Of a stretch of 64,000 bases of DNA, positions 55,736 through 63,902 are shown one piece after another. Position 1 is the stretch's first letter. Each line of letters opens with the position of its first letter. A program made the translations under genes and the position numbers. Origin of the DNA: Minisyncoccota bacterium (GTDB lineage Bacteria > Patescibacteriota > Minisyncoccia > Phycocordibacterales > UBA9973); the NCBI GenBank assembly GCA_018062425.1, contig JAGOSH010000001.1, positions 16,039-80,038 on the forward strand, given 5' to 3'. The notes under the pieces were generated by a model. That model worked only from the letters and a program-made list of their open reading frames with translations, was not told where the DNA came from and did not search any database.

Positions 55736-56278
55736 TTAGCTTTTAAAATTGAGCACGTTGATAATGCTTACAGACTCAAGCTTCCTATTTTCGATAACGA
55801 ATTTGTAGATAAGAGGGGACAGGACCAAGGCGAAGGATACATTGCCGATTAGGTGTATAGCAGTAAATGGTATCTGCCCAAAGAACGCTTCGCTAAAGGA
55901 TTGACCGAAAAATAGTGGTCCAACGGAGAGTCCGGTAACAGCGTCGAAGAAAAGGGTTCCAATGATGGCGAATTTTACATAGTTCAATTTTTCCATCTTT
56001 CTTTTTCGAAAGAAGAAGTATGCCCAAAGCCCTAATACTCCGTAAGTGCCTGCGGTTACGAAAGTCCACATGCCAACTTTGGCGGTTATGAGGTCGTATA
56101 AAACAATACTCAAAAAAGCGAAAGAAAAACCAGCCAAAGCGCCATATTTCTTGGAAAATGGCATCTGGGTGGCCAAAATAGGTTCAATGTTTGGTGGTCG
56201 AAAGGGGATGAGCCTTACCAACAAACAAGCAATAAATCCGACTATAAATTTGAACCAATCTTTTGTGTATGTTTCCAT
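55736..56278 (-). CDS. small polytopic membrane protein, possibly an ECF-transporter S component
   Basis: About 180 aa with 5-6 TM helices, immediately downstream of the RNR. Its substrate is unknown; the context hints at cobalamin. The start is trimmed to METYTKDWFKF. Confidence 0.4.
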   Translation of the reverse strand: METYTKDWFKFIVGFIACLLVRLIPFRPPNIEPILATQMPFSKKYGALAGFSFAFLSIVLYDLITAKVGMWTFVTAGTYGVLGLWAYFFFRKRKMEKLNYVKFAIIGTLFFDAVTGLSVGPLFFGQSFSEAFFGQIPFTAIHLIGNVSFALVLSPLIYKFVIENRKLESVSIINVLNFKS

Positions 56279-56409
56279 AAAACCTTGTAAATTATTGCTT
56301 ATAATATGTACCCACATCAGTTGCATTGTTTCGCAATTGTTAAACCAGTATAACCCCGATGTGTGGGTTTGTGCAAAAGTGGATAACTCCCCATGTTTTG
56401 TTACAAAAA

Positions 56410-56438
56410 TTGCATTTTTTGGAGTTTTCTGTTAGATT
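56410..56438 (+). promoter_or_regulatory. sigma70-like promoter of rpsT (leaderless configuration)
   Basis: TTGCAT, a 17-nt spacer, TAGATT, then 8 nt to the rpsT ATG at 56447. Confidence 0.5.
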
Positions 56439-56446
56439 ATACGCAT

Positions 56447-56698
56447 ATGCCAATAACCAAATCAGCTAAAAAAGCAATCCGTGGATCTTCACGCAAGAAG
56501 GCCTACAACGACCAAAACAAGCGCCTAATGAAGGACGTTATTAAGAAATTCGAAAAAGCTGTTAAGGCTGACAAAAAAGAAGCCGAAAAAATGCTACCAA
56601 AAGCCTACGCAACCATCGACAAGGCTGCAAAGCGAGGGATCATCAAAAAAAATAACGCATCCCGCAAAAAGTCTAGACTAACCAGATTAGTAAAATAA
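56447..56698 (+). CDS. rpsT: 30S ribosomal protein S20
   Basis: MPITKSAKKAIRGSSRKKAYNDQNKRLMK is the S20 signature; the listed upstream extension is rejected. Confidence 0.9.
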   Translation: MPITKSAKKAIRGSSRKKAYNDQNKRLMKDVIKKFEKAVKADKKEAEKMLPKAYATIDKAAKRGIIKKNNASRKKSRLTRLVK

Positions 56699-56704
56699 AG
56701 AAAA

Positions 56705-56734
56705 AAGACTAGGCACACCCTAGTCTTTTTTCTT
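56705..56734 (+). terminator. intrinsic terminator after rpsT
   Basis: AAGACTAGG-cacac-CCTAGTCTT followed by TTTTTCTT. Confidence 0.8.
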
Positions 56735-56753
56735 AACACCAATCCTTTTTATT

Positions 56754-58232
56754 ATGTCTCAAGGAAAACAAGATACCATAGTTAGATTTGATAAAGTCTC
56801 TTATGAATGGAGCGTAAACAAACCTATTTTAGAAGAGGTCTCTTTTTCTATTCGCCGAGGTTCAAAACTTACTTTGATGGGACAAAACGGCGCAGGTAAA
56901 AGTACTATCTTTGGACTCATTTCTGGAATGAGTGTTCCCGAATCTGGAATAATAAATATTATGAGTGGGGTCAGTATTGCTTCTAGTAGGCAAGTCATTC
57001 CTCGCTCCGAGCTTGAGCTCACAGTGCGAGAATTCTTCGAACAAGTATTCCCTAAGAAGGTTTACGACATTGATCCAAAGATAGATGAAATCCTGGAAGT
57101 AGTTAACCTCAAGGGCCACGAGAAAGTACATGACAGAGTCATGAAAAGTTTCTCTGGTGGTCAGCAGGCTAGGCTACTTTTAGCACAAGCACTGATCCAA
57201 GATCCGGACCTGCTTCTGCTCGACGAGCCAACGAACAACCTCGACAAGGCTGGTATCAAACACCTGACTGATTTCTTGGTGAATTACAAAAAGACAGTAT
57301 TGGTTATTTCTCACGATGCGGAATTCCTAAACGCTTTCACTGAAGGAGTGCTGTACCTGGATGTGTATACCAGAAAGATCGAGCAATATGTGGGCAACTA
57401 CCACAACGTAGTCAAAGACATCACTGCCAGAAAAGAAAGAGAGAATATGAAGAACGCGCAACTCGAAAAGCAGATCCAAGCCAAGAAAGACCAGGCCAAC
57501 GTCTTTGCCCACAAAGGAGGACGGCTTCGTTTGGTGGCGCGACGTATGCGTGAACTTGCCGAAGACCTGGAAGAAGAAATCGTGGACGTGCGCAAGGAAG
57601 ACAAAACTATCAAAAATTTCCAGATCCAAAACCAGCCAGACTTGATCGGTGAGATTTTGAATATTTCATCTTTCACCACCATGAAGTCGGGGAAAATAGT
57701 GAAGCGTGTAGCACACGTGTCCCTTAAAAAGAATATGCATTTACTCCTACAAGGACCAAACGGAATAGGCAAGAGTACTTTGTTGGAAAAGCTCGCCAGT
57801 GGAAAAGACGAGGGTTCAACTATTAGTGAAGGTATACGGGTGGGGTATTATCGCCAAGATTTTTCTACGCTTAATTTTGATCACTCGGTATATGAATCCC
57901 TCGCAAGTGCGATGTTAGAAGGTGGAGAGAAATTGGATGAAGAAAAAATGCGCGCTATTGCCGCCGGATTTCTAATCACCGGGGAAATGATTCGTACAAA
58001 AATAGGCAGTTTATCCGAAGGACAGAAGGGGCTCGTGGCTTTCGCTAGACTTGTAATGATAAAACCAGGACTCCTTATACTAGACGAGCCTACCAACCAT
58101 ATAAATTTTCGACATCTACCAATTATCGCCAAAGCGTTAGACTCCTACGCTGGTGCGATGATCCTCGTGTCCCATGTTCCTGAATTCGTAAAACAAATTA
58201 GGATTGATGAAGTGCTTGATTTAGAAAAGTAG
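56754..58232 (+). CDS. ABC-F family ATPase (two tandem ABC domains, no TM)
   Basis: LMGQNGAGKST and LQGPNGIGKST Walker A motifs, two LSGGQ-like signatures, and an inter-domain linker. Confidence 0.85.
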   Translation: MSQGKQDTIVRFDKVSYEWSVNKPILEEVSFSIRRGSKLTLMGQNGAGKSTIFGLISGMSVPESGIINIMSGVSIASSRQVIPRSELELTVREFFEQVFPKKVYDIDPKIDEILEVVNLKGHEKVHDRVMKSFSGGQQARLLLAQALIQDPDLLLLDEPTNNLDKAGIKHLTDFLVNYKKTVLVISHDAEFLNAFTEGVLYLDVYTRKIEQYVGNYHNVVKDITARKERENMKNAQLEKQIQAKKDQANVFAHKGGRLRLVARRMRELAEDLEEEIVDVRKEDKTIKNFQIQNQPDLIGEILNISSFTTMKSGKIVKRVAHVSLKKNMHLLLQGPNGIGKSTLLEKLASGKDEGSTISEGIRVGYYRQDFSTLNFDHSVYESLASAMLEGGEKLDEEKMRAIAAGFLITGEMIRTKIGSLSEGQKGLVAFARLVMIKPGLLILDEPTNHINFRHLPIIAKALDSYAGAMILVSHVPEFVKQIRIDEVLDLEK

Positions 58233-58233
58233 T
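58195..58233. repeat. 39-bp direct repeat, copy 1 (the abcF 3' end)
   Basis: AAATTAGGATTGATGAAGTGCTTGATTTAGAAAAGTAGT is identical to 60185-60223. Confidence 0.9.
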
Positions 58234-60184
58234 GCTTGCAATATTTTTATATATTGATAATATAAGACCTATGTTTAGGTTAAGTCATTATTTATATACA
58301 TCTAAGAAAATTGAAGGGGAGTCCACCAAATAGGCCGCGAAAGCGGTTTTTTTAATACTTAATTTTTAAAAACGATGAATTACAAAGAAAAGCTACTAGA
58401 AAAGTTAAAAGAGAATATTGCTAGTGTCAGGGAAAAGATTTTTGAGAAACTAGAGTCAATCAAACTACTGAATGATAAAAACTTGAAACAGATCGGGTCC
58501 CTAAAAGGAGAAGAGCGGGATATCCAAATGGCAACCAAAATTAGACTAGATGAGAGATTTGAAGAGCTGAACCATCTGTACAAAACACCCTACTTTGCTA
58601 AATGCGAATTTATTCAAAACAAAACAGGAGAAAAGAAAAACTATTATTTCGCTAAACACCAACTAGTAGAGGAGTCTGTTTATTCCTGGGTGGCACCCAT
58701 AGCCGCTATTAGATTCGAAAATCCTGGACAAGCTTCGTACAAAATTCCCAACGGCAAAATAATGGAAGTAAATATATTACACAAAGAGCAATACATGATT
58801 GTGGACGGCAAGGTCATATTTTTCTCAGTAGAGGATTTAGATAAACCTCGAGACCTGATTTATCAAGAAAACTTTACTTCCAAAAAGGCAGGGTTTGTTC
58901 TACCAGAGATCGTTGCGCAAATGGAGAAAGCTCAAGACCAAGTCATCCGTGCATCTCACAAAGGACCGTTGGTTATATCTGGCCCCGCTGGCTCCGGCAA
59001 GACCACTTTGGCACTCCACCGAGTTGCGTACCTGACTCAGGCTCCAGAAACGCTAGCTTTTTATCCAGCTCATTCAATTATTGTGTTGGTTCAAGACACT
59101 GGCACTAAGGAATATTTCTCACATCTTTTGCCAGAGCTGGGTATACACCGTGTAACCATAACAACATTTCAAGAATGGGCTTTCAGTATATTGGACCTAG
59201 AAGGGTGCTCGTATGTTTCTAGATATGGAGACAATGAAGAAGAAAAAGATGTGTATGAGTATCAAAAGATAAAAGCTTTAAGAACAGAAACAACCCCTAG
59301 TTTCAACGATAACTATTTTCGTGTACTTAATTCTGTTTACAAGAAACATATAAACGCAGGGTTGTTTGAAAAGCAGAAAAAAGAAATGAAATTAGATCGT
59401 TTTGATATAATTATGCTTCTACAATCTTACTTAAAAAAGCACAACAAGTTTGTGATTAAAAGAAAATACTTAACCATGGTTAACGGTGAGGTTAAGCAAA
59501 AAGTTGAAAAAAAATCAGTAGTGTATTCACTTATCATTCTGGATGAATTTCAAAATTATTTGCCGGAACAAGTAAAAATTCTGAAATCTTGTTTACAAGA
59601 GGAAACCCAATCTATGGTGTATGTTGGGGATATGGCTCAGCAAGTACAGCTCGGAACTATAAAGGACTGGGACGAAGCAGGGGAAACAATAAAAGAAGAG
59701 AGAAAAATAAAGTTAGATAAAGTTTATCGCAATACTAAAAATATACTTTTGTTTATCGAGAGCCTTGGTTACCCAACAGTTATTCCTGTTGGGATAAAAG
59801 AAGGCGTGCCTGTGGTGGAAAAGTTACTTGAAAATAGAACGAAAGAAATAGAATATATTAAAGCAGTAAGTGATCAATATAAAGAAGGGACTGTTGGTGT
59901 CATAGCCAAAGATCCAGCCTACTTAGAAGATTTTAAAAAAGAGTTCACTGAACACAAAAACATCCATGTACTAACCATGAATGAATCCCAGGGGGTAGAA
60001 TTTGATTTGGTGTGCTTGGTTGGTATTAATGAAAATACCTTTAAAGTTACACATTATGCGGATGTTCTACCAGAGCATTTAATAGAAAGAAAGAGAATGC
60101 AGAAAGACTTGCTCTATGTTGCTTTAACACGAGCCATTAGTGAATTGCATGTTTTGGGCACTAAAAAACTAAAAGAAATTCTAT
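58234..60184 (+). mobile_element. 1.95-kb inserted module carrying a HelD-like helicase gene, bounded by the 39-bp direct repeats
   Basis: The segment sits between perfect 39-bp repeats that recreate the overlapping 3' ends of abcF (plus) and rluB (minus). It has its own TTGCAA-16nt-TAATAT promoter-like sequence at its left edge and a GGCCGCgaaaGCGGTTTTTTT hairpin upstream of the gene. No integrase or transposase is visible. Confidence 0.4.
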
Positions 60185-60186
60185 AA
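58375..60186 (+). CDS. UvrD-like SF1 helicase with an N-terminal accessory domain (HelD / helicase IV-like)
   Basis: Walker A VISGPAGSGKTTLALHRVAYL, motif II IILDEFQNY, and a C-terminal VALTRA motif. Confidence 0.7.
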   Translation: MNYKEKLLEKLKENIASVREKIFEKLESIKLLNDKNLKQIGSLKGEERDIQMATKIRLDERFEELNHLYKTPYFAKCEFIQNKTGEKKNYYFAKHQLVEESVYSWVAPIAAIRFENPGQASYKIPNGKIMEVNILHKEQYMIVDGKVIFFSVEDLDKPRDLIYQENFTSKKAGFVLPEIVAQMEKAQDQVIRASHKGPLVISGPAGSGKTTLALHRVAYLTQAPETLAFYPAHSIIVLVQDTGTKEYFSHLLPELGIHRVTITTFQEWAFSILDLEGCSYVSRYGDNEEEKDVYEYQKIKALRTETTPSFNDNYFRVLNSVYKKHINAGLFEKQKKEMKLDRFDIIMLLQSYLKKHNKFVIKRKYLTMVNGEVKQKVEKKSVVYSLIILDEFQNYLPEQVKILKSCLQEETQSMVYVGDMAQQVQLGTIKDWDEAGETIKEERKIKLDKVYRNTKNILLFIESLGYPTVIPVGIKEGVPVVEKLLENRTKEIEYIKAVSDQYKEGTVGVIAKDPAYLEDFKKEFTEHKNIHVLTMNESQGVEFDLVCLVGINENTFKVTHYADVLPEHLIERKRMQKDLLYVALTRAISELHVLGTKKLKEIL

Positions 60187-60223
60187 ATTAGGATTGATGA
60201 AGTGCTTGATTTAGAAAAGTAGT
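60185..60223. repeat. 39-bp direct repeat, copy 2 (its antisense encodes the RluB C-terminus TTFLNQALHQS)
   Basis: Identical to 58195-58233. It overlaps the helicase stop codon and the last 12 codons of rluB on the minus strand. Confidence 0.9.
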
Positions 60224-60898
60224 CAGTTCTTCGCCTTTGATTTCTCTGGTAGCTTTCGGTGAAAGTTTGCCGAGTTCTATGTTCATGACGCGAACACGCT
60301 TTAGGTCTTGGACATCTTGGAATAGTGCCACACACATACGGCGGATCTGATGTTTCTTGCCTTCGGTTAGGGTTACACGGAAAGTGTTTTCATTTACTAT
60401 TGTAACCTTACAAGGTTTGGTTATGTAATCCTCGATGTTGACCCCGGCTTCCATTTTTTCTTTGAAGTTACTGCGAAGTTTTTGTTTAGTTTTTACTACG
60501 TATTCTTTTTCATGATCAAACTTGGGATTCAGTAATCCGTCGGTTATGCGTCCGTCGTTGGTGAGTATGAGTAATCCATGTGAAGCTTTATCGAGTCGGC
60601 CAATAGGGAACAGTCCCGCTGTTGGTGAATCGGTTTCGGTGCCAATAGGTTTGTTGTATGCAAAATACTTGTAGGTCTTTTTTTCTGCGCCTTTTACTTC
60701 TACTTTGTCTGTTTTTGATACCTTGCTTCCCAGGACTGCAAGCTTACCGTTGATAAAGACTTTCTTTTTCTCCACGAGTTCATCCGCCCCTCGCCTAGTA
60801 GCGATTTGCTTCAGAGCCAAGTATTTATTGATTCGCATAGGATATGTCGGGGTTCCGGCTACAAGTACAGGTTTTTTTGGTTTTGATAGTTTTTTCAT
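60188..60898 (-). CDS. rluB: pseudouridine synthase, RsuA/RluB family (S4 domain + catalytic domain)
   Basis: An S4-like N-terminus and the catalytic GRLDKASHGLLILTNDG with its conserved Asp. The start may be the internal MRINKYLA. Confidence 0.8.
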   Translation of the reverse strand: MKKLSKPKKPVLVAGTPTYPMRINKYLALKQIATRRGADELVEKKKVFINGKLAVLGSKVSKTDKVEVKGAEKKTYKYFAYNKPIGTETDSPTAGLFPIGRLDKASHGLLILTNDGRITDGLLNPKFDHEKEYVVKTKQKLRSNFKEKMEAGVNIEDYITKPCKVTIVNENTFRVTLTEGKKHQIRRMCVALFQDVQDLKRVRVMNIELGKLSPKATREIKGEELTTFLNQALHQS

Positions 60899-61045
60899 AA
60901 ATTTGTTTTTTCTAGGTCACAAATAATTTCTCGCCGTCGCTCAAAATTTTCGCGACCCCGCCTCGCTGTTTCACCTACTGACGAAACTTGCTCCGGCTCA
61001 CAAATCGCCCGCAGGCAAAGCAGTTTGCCTGCTTCCTACGATTTG

Positions 61046-61117
61046 TGCCCTCACCAGGAATCGAACCTGGATCGCAAACTCCGCAAGCTCGCATTCTATC
61101 CATTAAACTATGAGGGC
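61046..61117 (-). tRNA. tRNA, probably Arg (anticodon GCG)
   Basis: Hand fold: acceptor GCCCTCA/TGAGGGC, T-arm CCAGG-TTCGATT-CCTGG, and an anticodon stem CGAGC/GTTTG with two G-U pairs around loop TTGCGGA. The anticodon assignment is less certain than the tRNA call itself. Confidence 0.6.
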
Positions 61118-61158
61118 ATGTAGAGAGACTAGCATTTTTCTAACGAAATTCAAATAGG

Positions 61159-61629
61159 CTAGAACCCAATTATTTCCATGATCTTTTCGGATGGGTGCTC
61201 TTTCATTTCTTCTTCAACCACGTTTTGAGACAAAAGTTTAGCTCGAATCATTTCGGCTAGGTGCTTTTCAATAGGCACATAAATAATAGGCAAGAAAAGA
61301 CGGTCGATTTTAATGAAAAGGTATAGGTCTTTTTCTCCGCCTACGAAGAAGGACTTAATTTTTTTATAAGGGTAGGTGTGAGCCTTGAGCTTGAATCCTT
61401 TATTGTTAACTTCAAAGTTAATCATCTCTGGTGGTTGGCTAGCAAAGTGTCCCATCAATATACCAGCTATAACCAAAAGCGCGGCGAAAAGGTAATTTTC
61501 ATAAATAATAGAAGCTATGGATCCACAAATAATTACCACAGCAAGTGCCCAATACCAGTCGTTGGTTTTTTCTCGGTGTTCGTATTCAGGTAGGGTCCAA
61601 TTTATATTTTCAGGGATGATGTTTGGCAC
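61159..61629 (-). CDS. hypothetical membrane protein
   Basis: Two TM helices; otherwise unknown. Confidence 0.5.
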   Translation of the reverse strand: MPNIIPENINWTLPEYEHREKTNDWYWALAVVIICGSIASIIYENYLFAALLVIAGILMGHFASQPPEMINFEVNNKGFKLKAHTYPYKKIKSFFVGGEKDLYLFIKIDRLFLPIIYVPIEKHLAEMIRAKLLSQNVVEEEMKEHPSEKIMEIIGF

Positions 61630-61709
61630 GGGTTTATTATAGCAAAATACATAACACTTCGTACAACCTTAGAGCAGAAGTTTTCCACTTTACGTGTTAT
61701 ATTAGCGAA

Positions 61710-62381
61710 ATGAGTAGGGAAGTAGACATTGAGCCCAGATGGGCAGAAGTTCTGAAACCATTTTTCGAAACTGAAACATGGGGGAAACTTTCGGACTTTG
61801 TTCGCGATGAGTATAAAAATAAAAAAATCTACCCTAAATCTACAGACCTTTTCAAAGCATTCTGGCTTACTCCTTTCGACCAAGTTAAAGTTGTCGTTTT
61901 GGGTCAAGATCCGTATCACGGGGCGGGCCAAGCACACGGACTTTGTTTTTCGGTAGAGGATGGAACCGCACTTCCACCGTCGCTTAAAAATATTTATAAA
62001 GAAATCGAGTCTGACCTAAAGATTAAAAAGGATTTTAAAAATGGAAATTTAGAAAGCTGGGCCAAGCAAGGCGTGTTCCTTCTGAATGCCATCCTGACCG
62101 TCGTTGCCAGCACTCCAGCTTCACATCAGGGCAAGGGTTGGGAAGAATTTACAAACTTCGTAATTAAAACAATTTCTGAAAAGAAAAAGAACGTGGTTTT
62201 TGTTTTGTGGGGGAACTATGCCAAAGGGAAGAGTGCGCTAATAGATACCACAAAGCATCTGGTCATAGAGTCTCCACATCCGTCACCATTTTCTGCCTAC
62301 AGTGGATTCTTTGGCTCGAAGCCATTTTCGAAATGTAACGAATATCTAAAGGCGCACGGAGAAAAGGAGGTAGACTGGTAG
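61710..62381 (+). CDS. ung: uracil-DNA glycosylase (family 1)
   Basis: VVLGQDPYHGAGQAHGLCFSV carries the GQDPYH motif; the C-terminus has HPSPFS (HPSPLS-like). The start is trimmed to MSREVDIEPRW (ATG at 61710). Confidence 0.85.
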   Translation: MSREVDIEPRWAEVLKPFFETETWGKLSDFVRDEYKNKKIYPKSTDLFKAFWLTPFDQVKVVVLGQDPYHGAGQAHGLCFSVEDGTALPPSLKNIYKEIESDLKIKKDFKNGNLESWAKQGVFLLNAILTVVASTPASHQGKGWEEFTNFVIKTISEKKKNVVFVLWGNYAKGKSALIDTTKHLVIESPHPSPFSAYSGFFGSKPFSKCNEYLKAHGEKEVDW

Positions 62382-62395
62382 TGGAAATTTATTTT

Positions 62396-62905
62396 TTACA
62401 AACCCAACAGTTTCAAAACCATAGGGGCGAGTGGGTCAGCGGTGACTCCGTAAACCATAACCCCACCCAGAAGTCCTGTCATAAATATTGCTACTAGTCC
62501 CAAGAAGGCTAGAACTTTTGAAAGTATTTTGTGGGTTAGGATGCTTGCTAGCAAGTTTGGCCACTTTTGATATTTGGCAAAATCAGGGCGAGAGAAAACT
62601 TTTGAATTTAAATAAGTCAGCACTTCTCCGGCGAGCAACAATCCAAATAGCCATGTTGATGAAGAGGCAAAAAATTCATGGGTTTCGACTAGTTTGCCAG
62701 AGGGGTTAGACAGTTCCTCGGCCACTTCGCCGGTACTACTGGCGGCAAAGGCACCCAATAATCCGAATGTAAGCAAAACCAACTCAACGTCTTTCCAAGC
62801 AAAGTTCGGTAGCCACTTACGAAAGGGCAGTATTTTTATAACCGAGTAAACAAAAAGTAGAGCAATCGGAAAATGCACGATGATGGGGTGAATGTTGTAT
62901 GTCAT
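62396..62905 (-). CDS. hypothetical polytopic membrane protein
   Basis: Four to five TM helices and an HPIIVHFPIALL N-terminal motif. Confidence 0.5.
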   Translation of the reverse strand: MTYNIHPIIVHFPIALLFVYSVIKILPFRKWLPNFAWKDVELVLLTFGLLGAFAASSTGEVAEELSNPSGKLVETHEFFASSSTWLFGLLLAGEVLTYLNSKVFSRPDFAKYQKWPNLLASILTHKILSKVLAFLGLVAIFMTGLLGGVMVYGVTADPLAPMVLKLLGL

Positions 62906-62942
62906 GGGTTAAGTATACAGCACTTATTATTTTTTGTCTGGG

Positions 62943-63083
62943 TTATTCGGTGGGAAGATTTTCCTCTTCCTCTTTTTCATCCTCTTCATAATTACCAGTA
63001 CTTTGGTTTACATTTTTACTCGCGCTGGCATTGTTCTGGTTATTGGTCCTGTTTTCTTCGTCTAAGTTTTCGTCTTCGTTCAT
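62943..63083 (-). CDS. possible small acidic low-complexity protein
   Basis: MNEDENLDEENRTNNQNNASASKNVNQSTGNYEEDEKEEEENLPTE. The listed longer start at 63128 would lie inside a terminator hairpin, so the start is trimmed. Confidence 0.2.
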   Translation of the reverse strand: MNEDENLDEENRTNNQNNASASKNVNQSTGNYEEDEKEEEENLPTE

Positions 63084-63112
63084 GGTGTGATTATAACATT
63101 CTCGCCTCCGCC

Positions 63113-63150
63113 CAACAAAAAACGGCACAAATTACTGTGCTCGTTTTTGT
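63113..63150. terminator. bidirectional intrinsic terminator
   Basis: ACAAAAAAC-GGCACA-aattac-TGTGC-TCGTTTTTG. A-runs and T-runs flank the hairpin on both strands. Confidence 0.6.
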
Positions 63151-63154
63151 AAGG

Positions 63155-63173
63155 GCGGAGGCGGTGAGATTCG
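63155..63173. repeat. 19-bp duplicate of the tRNA-Ser 3' end
   Basis: GCGGAGGCGGTGAGATTCG is identical to 63304-63322, which is the 3' acceptor and T-arm portion of the tRNA-Ser gene. Confidence 0.8.
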
Positions 63174-63304
63174 GTCAGGCGTTTTCGCCTGCTGGCGAAA
63201 CGCACGACCCTGGCTCGGCCCGTCGGCCTCCGCCTTTCTCATCTCCCGCATTCACGCAATGATGCTCCACTCGAATGTCTCCCAGACATTCTCTTGGATC
63301 ATTG

Positions 63305-63389
63305 CGGAGGCGGTGAGATTCGAACTCACGGTACCTTGCGATACTCCTGTTTTCAAGACAGGTGCACTAAACCACTATGCGACGCCTCC
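63305..63389 (-). tRNA. tRNA-Ser (anticodon TGA), with long variable arm
   Basis: Hand fold: acceptor GGAGGCG/CGCCTCC, anticodon stem CCTGT/ACAGG with loop CTTGAAA, variable arm GTATC-GCAA-GGTAC, and T-arm GTGAG-TTCGAAT-CTCAC. Confidence 0.85.
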
Positions 63390-63455
63390 ATGTATTCACT
63401 TTTCGATACAAGGCCGATAATATCAGAAAAATTGATTTTATGCTAGCATGCCAGT

Positions 63456-63884
63456 ATGAAGTACTTGGGAATTGATTACGGTACCAAACGTATAGGCATT
63501 GCTGTCTCGGATGAGGCCGGGCAGATAGCTTTTCCTAAATTTGTCTGGGTAAACGACAAGAAGGTGTTAACCAGTATAAAAAGTCTAGTTTCAGAAGAAA
63601 GTATCGGCGCTATTGTGTTCGGTGACTCTGTCGATGCAAACGGAAAAGAAAATGCTTTGAATGCCGGAGTGAAAGATTTCGCCGAGCAGGTAAAAAAAGA
63701 AACAAACCTGCCTATATTTTTTGAAAAAGAATTTTGGAGTTCATACGAAGCCCATGGACGGCAGGGGAAAGAGTCAAAAAACGCCCGAATGCAGTCAGTG
63801 GCCAAAACTGAAGGAGTAGACGCCAAAGCCGCCGCTGTAATTTTGCAAAGATACCTCGATCGGAACTTCCGCTTAAAGGCTTAG
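63456..63884 (+). CDS. ruvX: Holliday junction resolvase-like RuvX/YqgF
   Basis: MKYLGIDYGTKRIGIAVSD at the N-terminus. Confidence 0.85.
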   Translation: MKYLGIDYGTKRIGIAVSDEAGQIAFPKFVWVNDKKVLTSIKSLVSEESIGAIVFGDSVDANGKENALNAGVKDFAEQVKKETNLPIFFEKEFWSSYEAHGRQGKESKNARMQSVAKTEGVDAKAAAVILQRYLDRNFRLKA

Positions 63885-63902
63885 CGGGTTATAATAAACC
63901 TA

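Noticed and set aside
63153-63304. The tRNA-like 3' end at 63155-63173 read as the end of a tmRNA or a second tRNA gene
   Set aside because: Only the 3' half of a T-arm plus the acceptor strand is present. No full T-loop, tag-peptide ORF or cloverleaf could be folded upstream of it.
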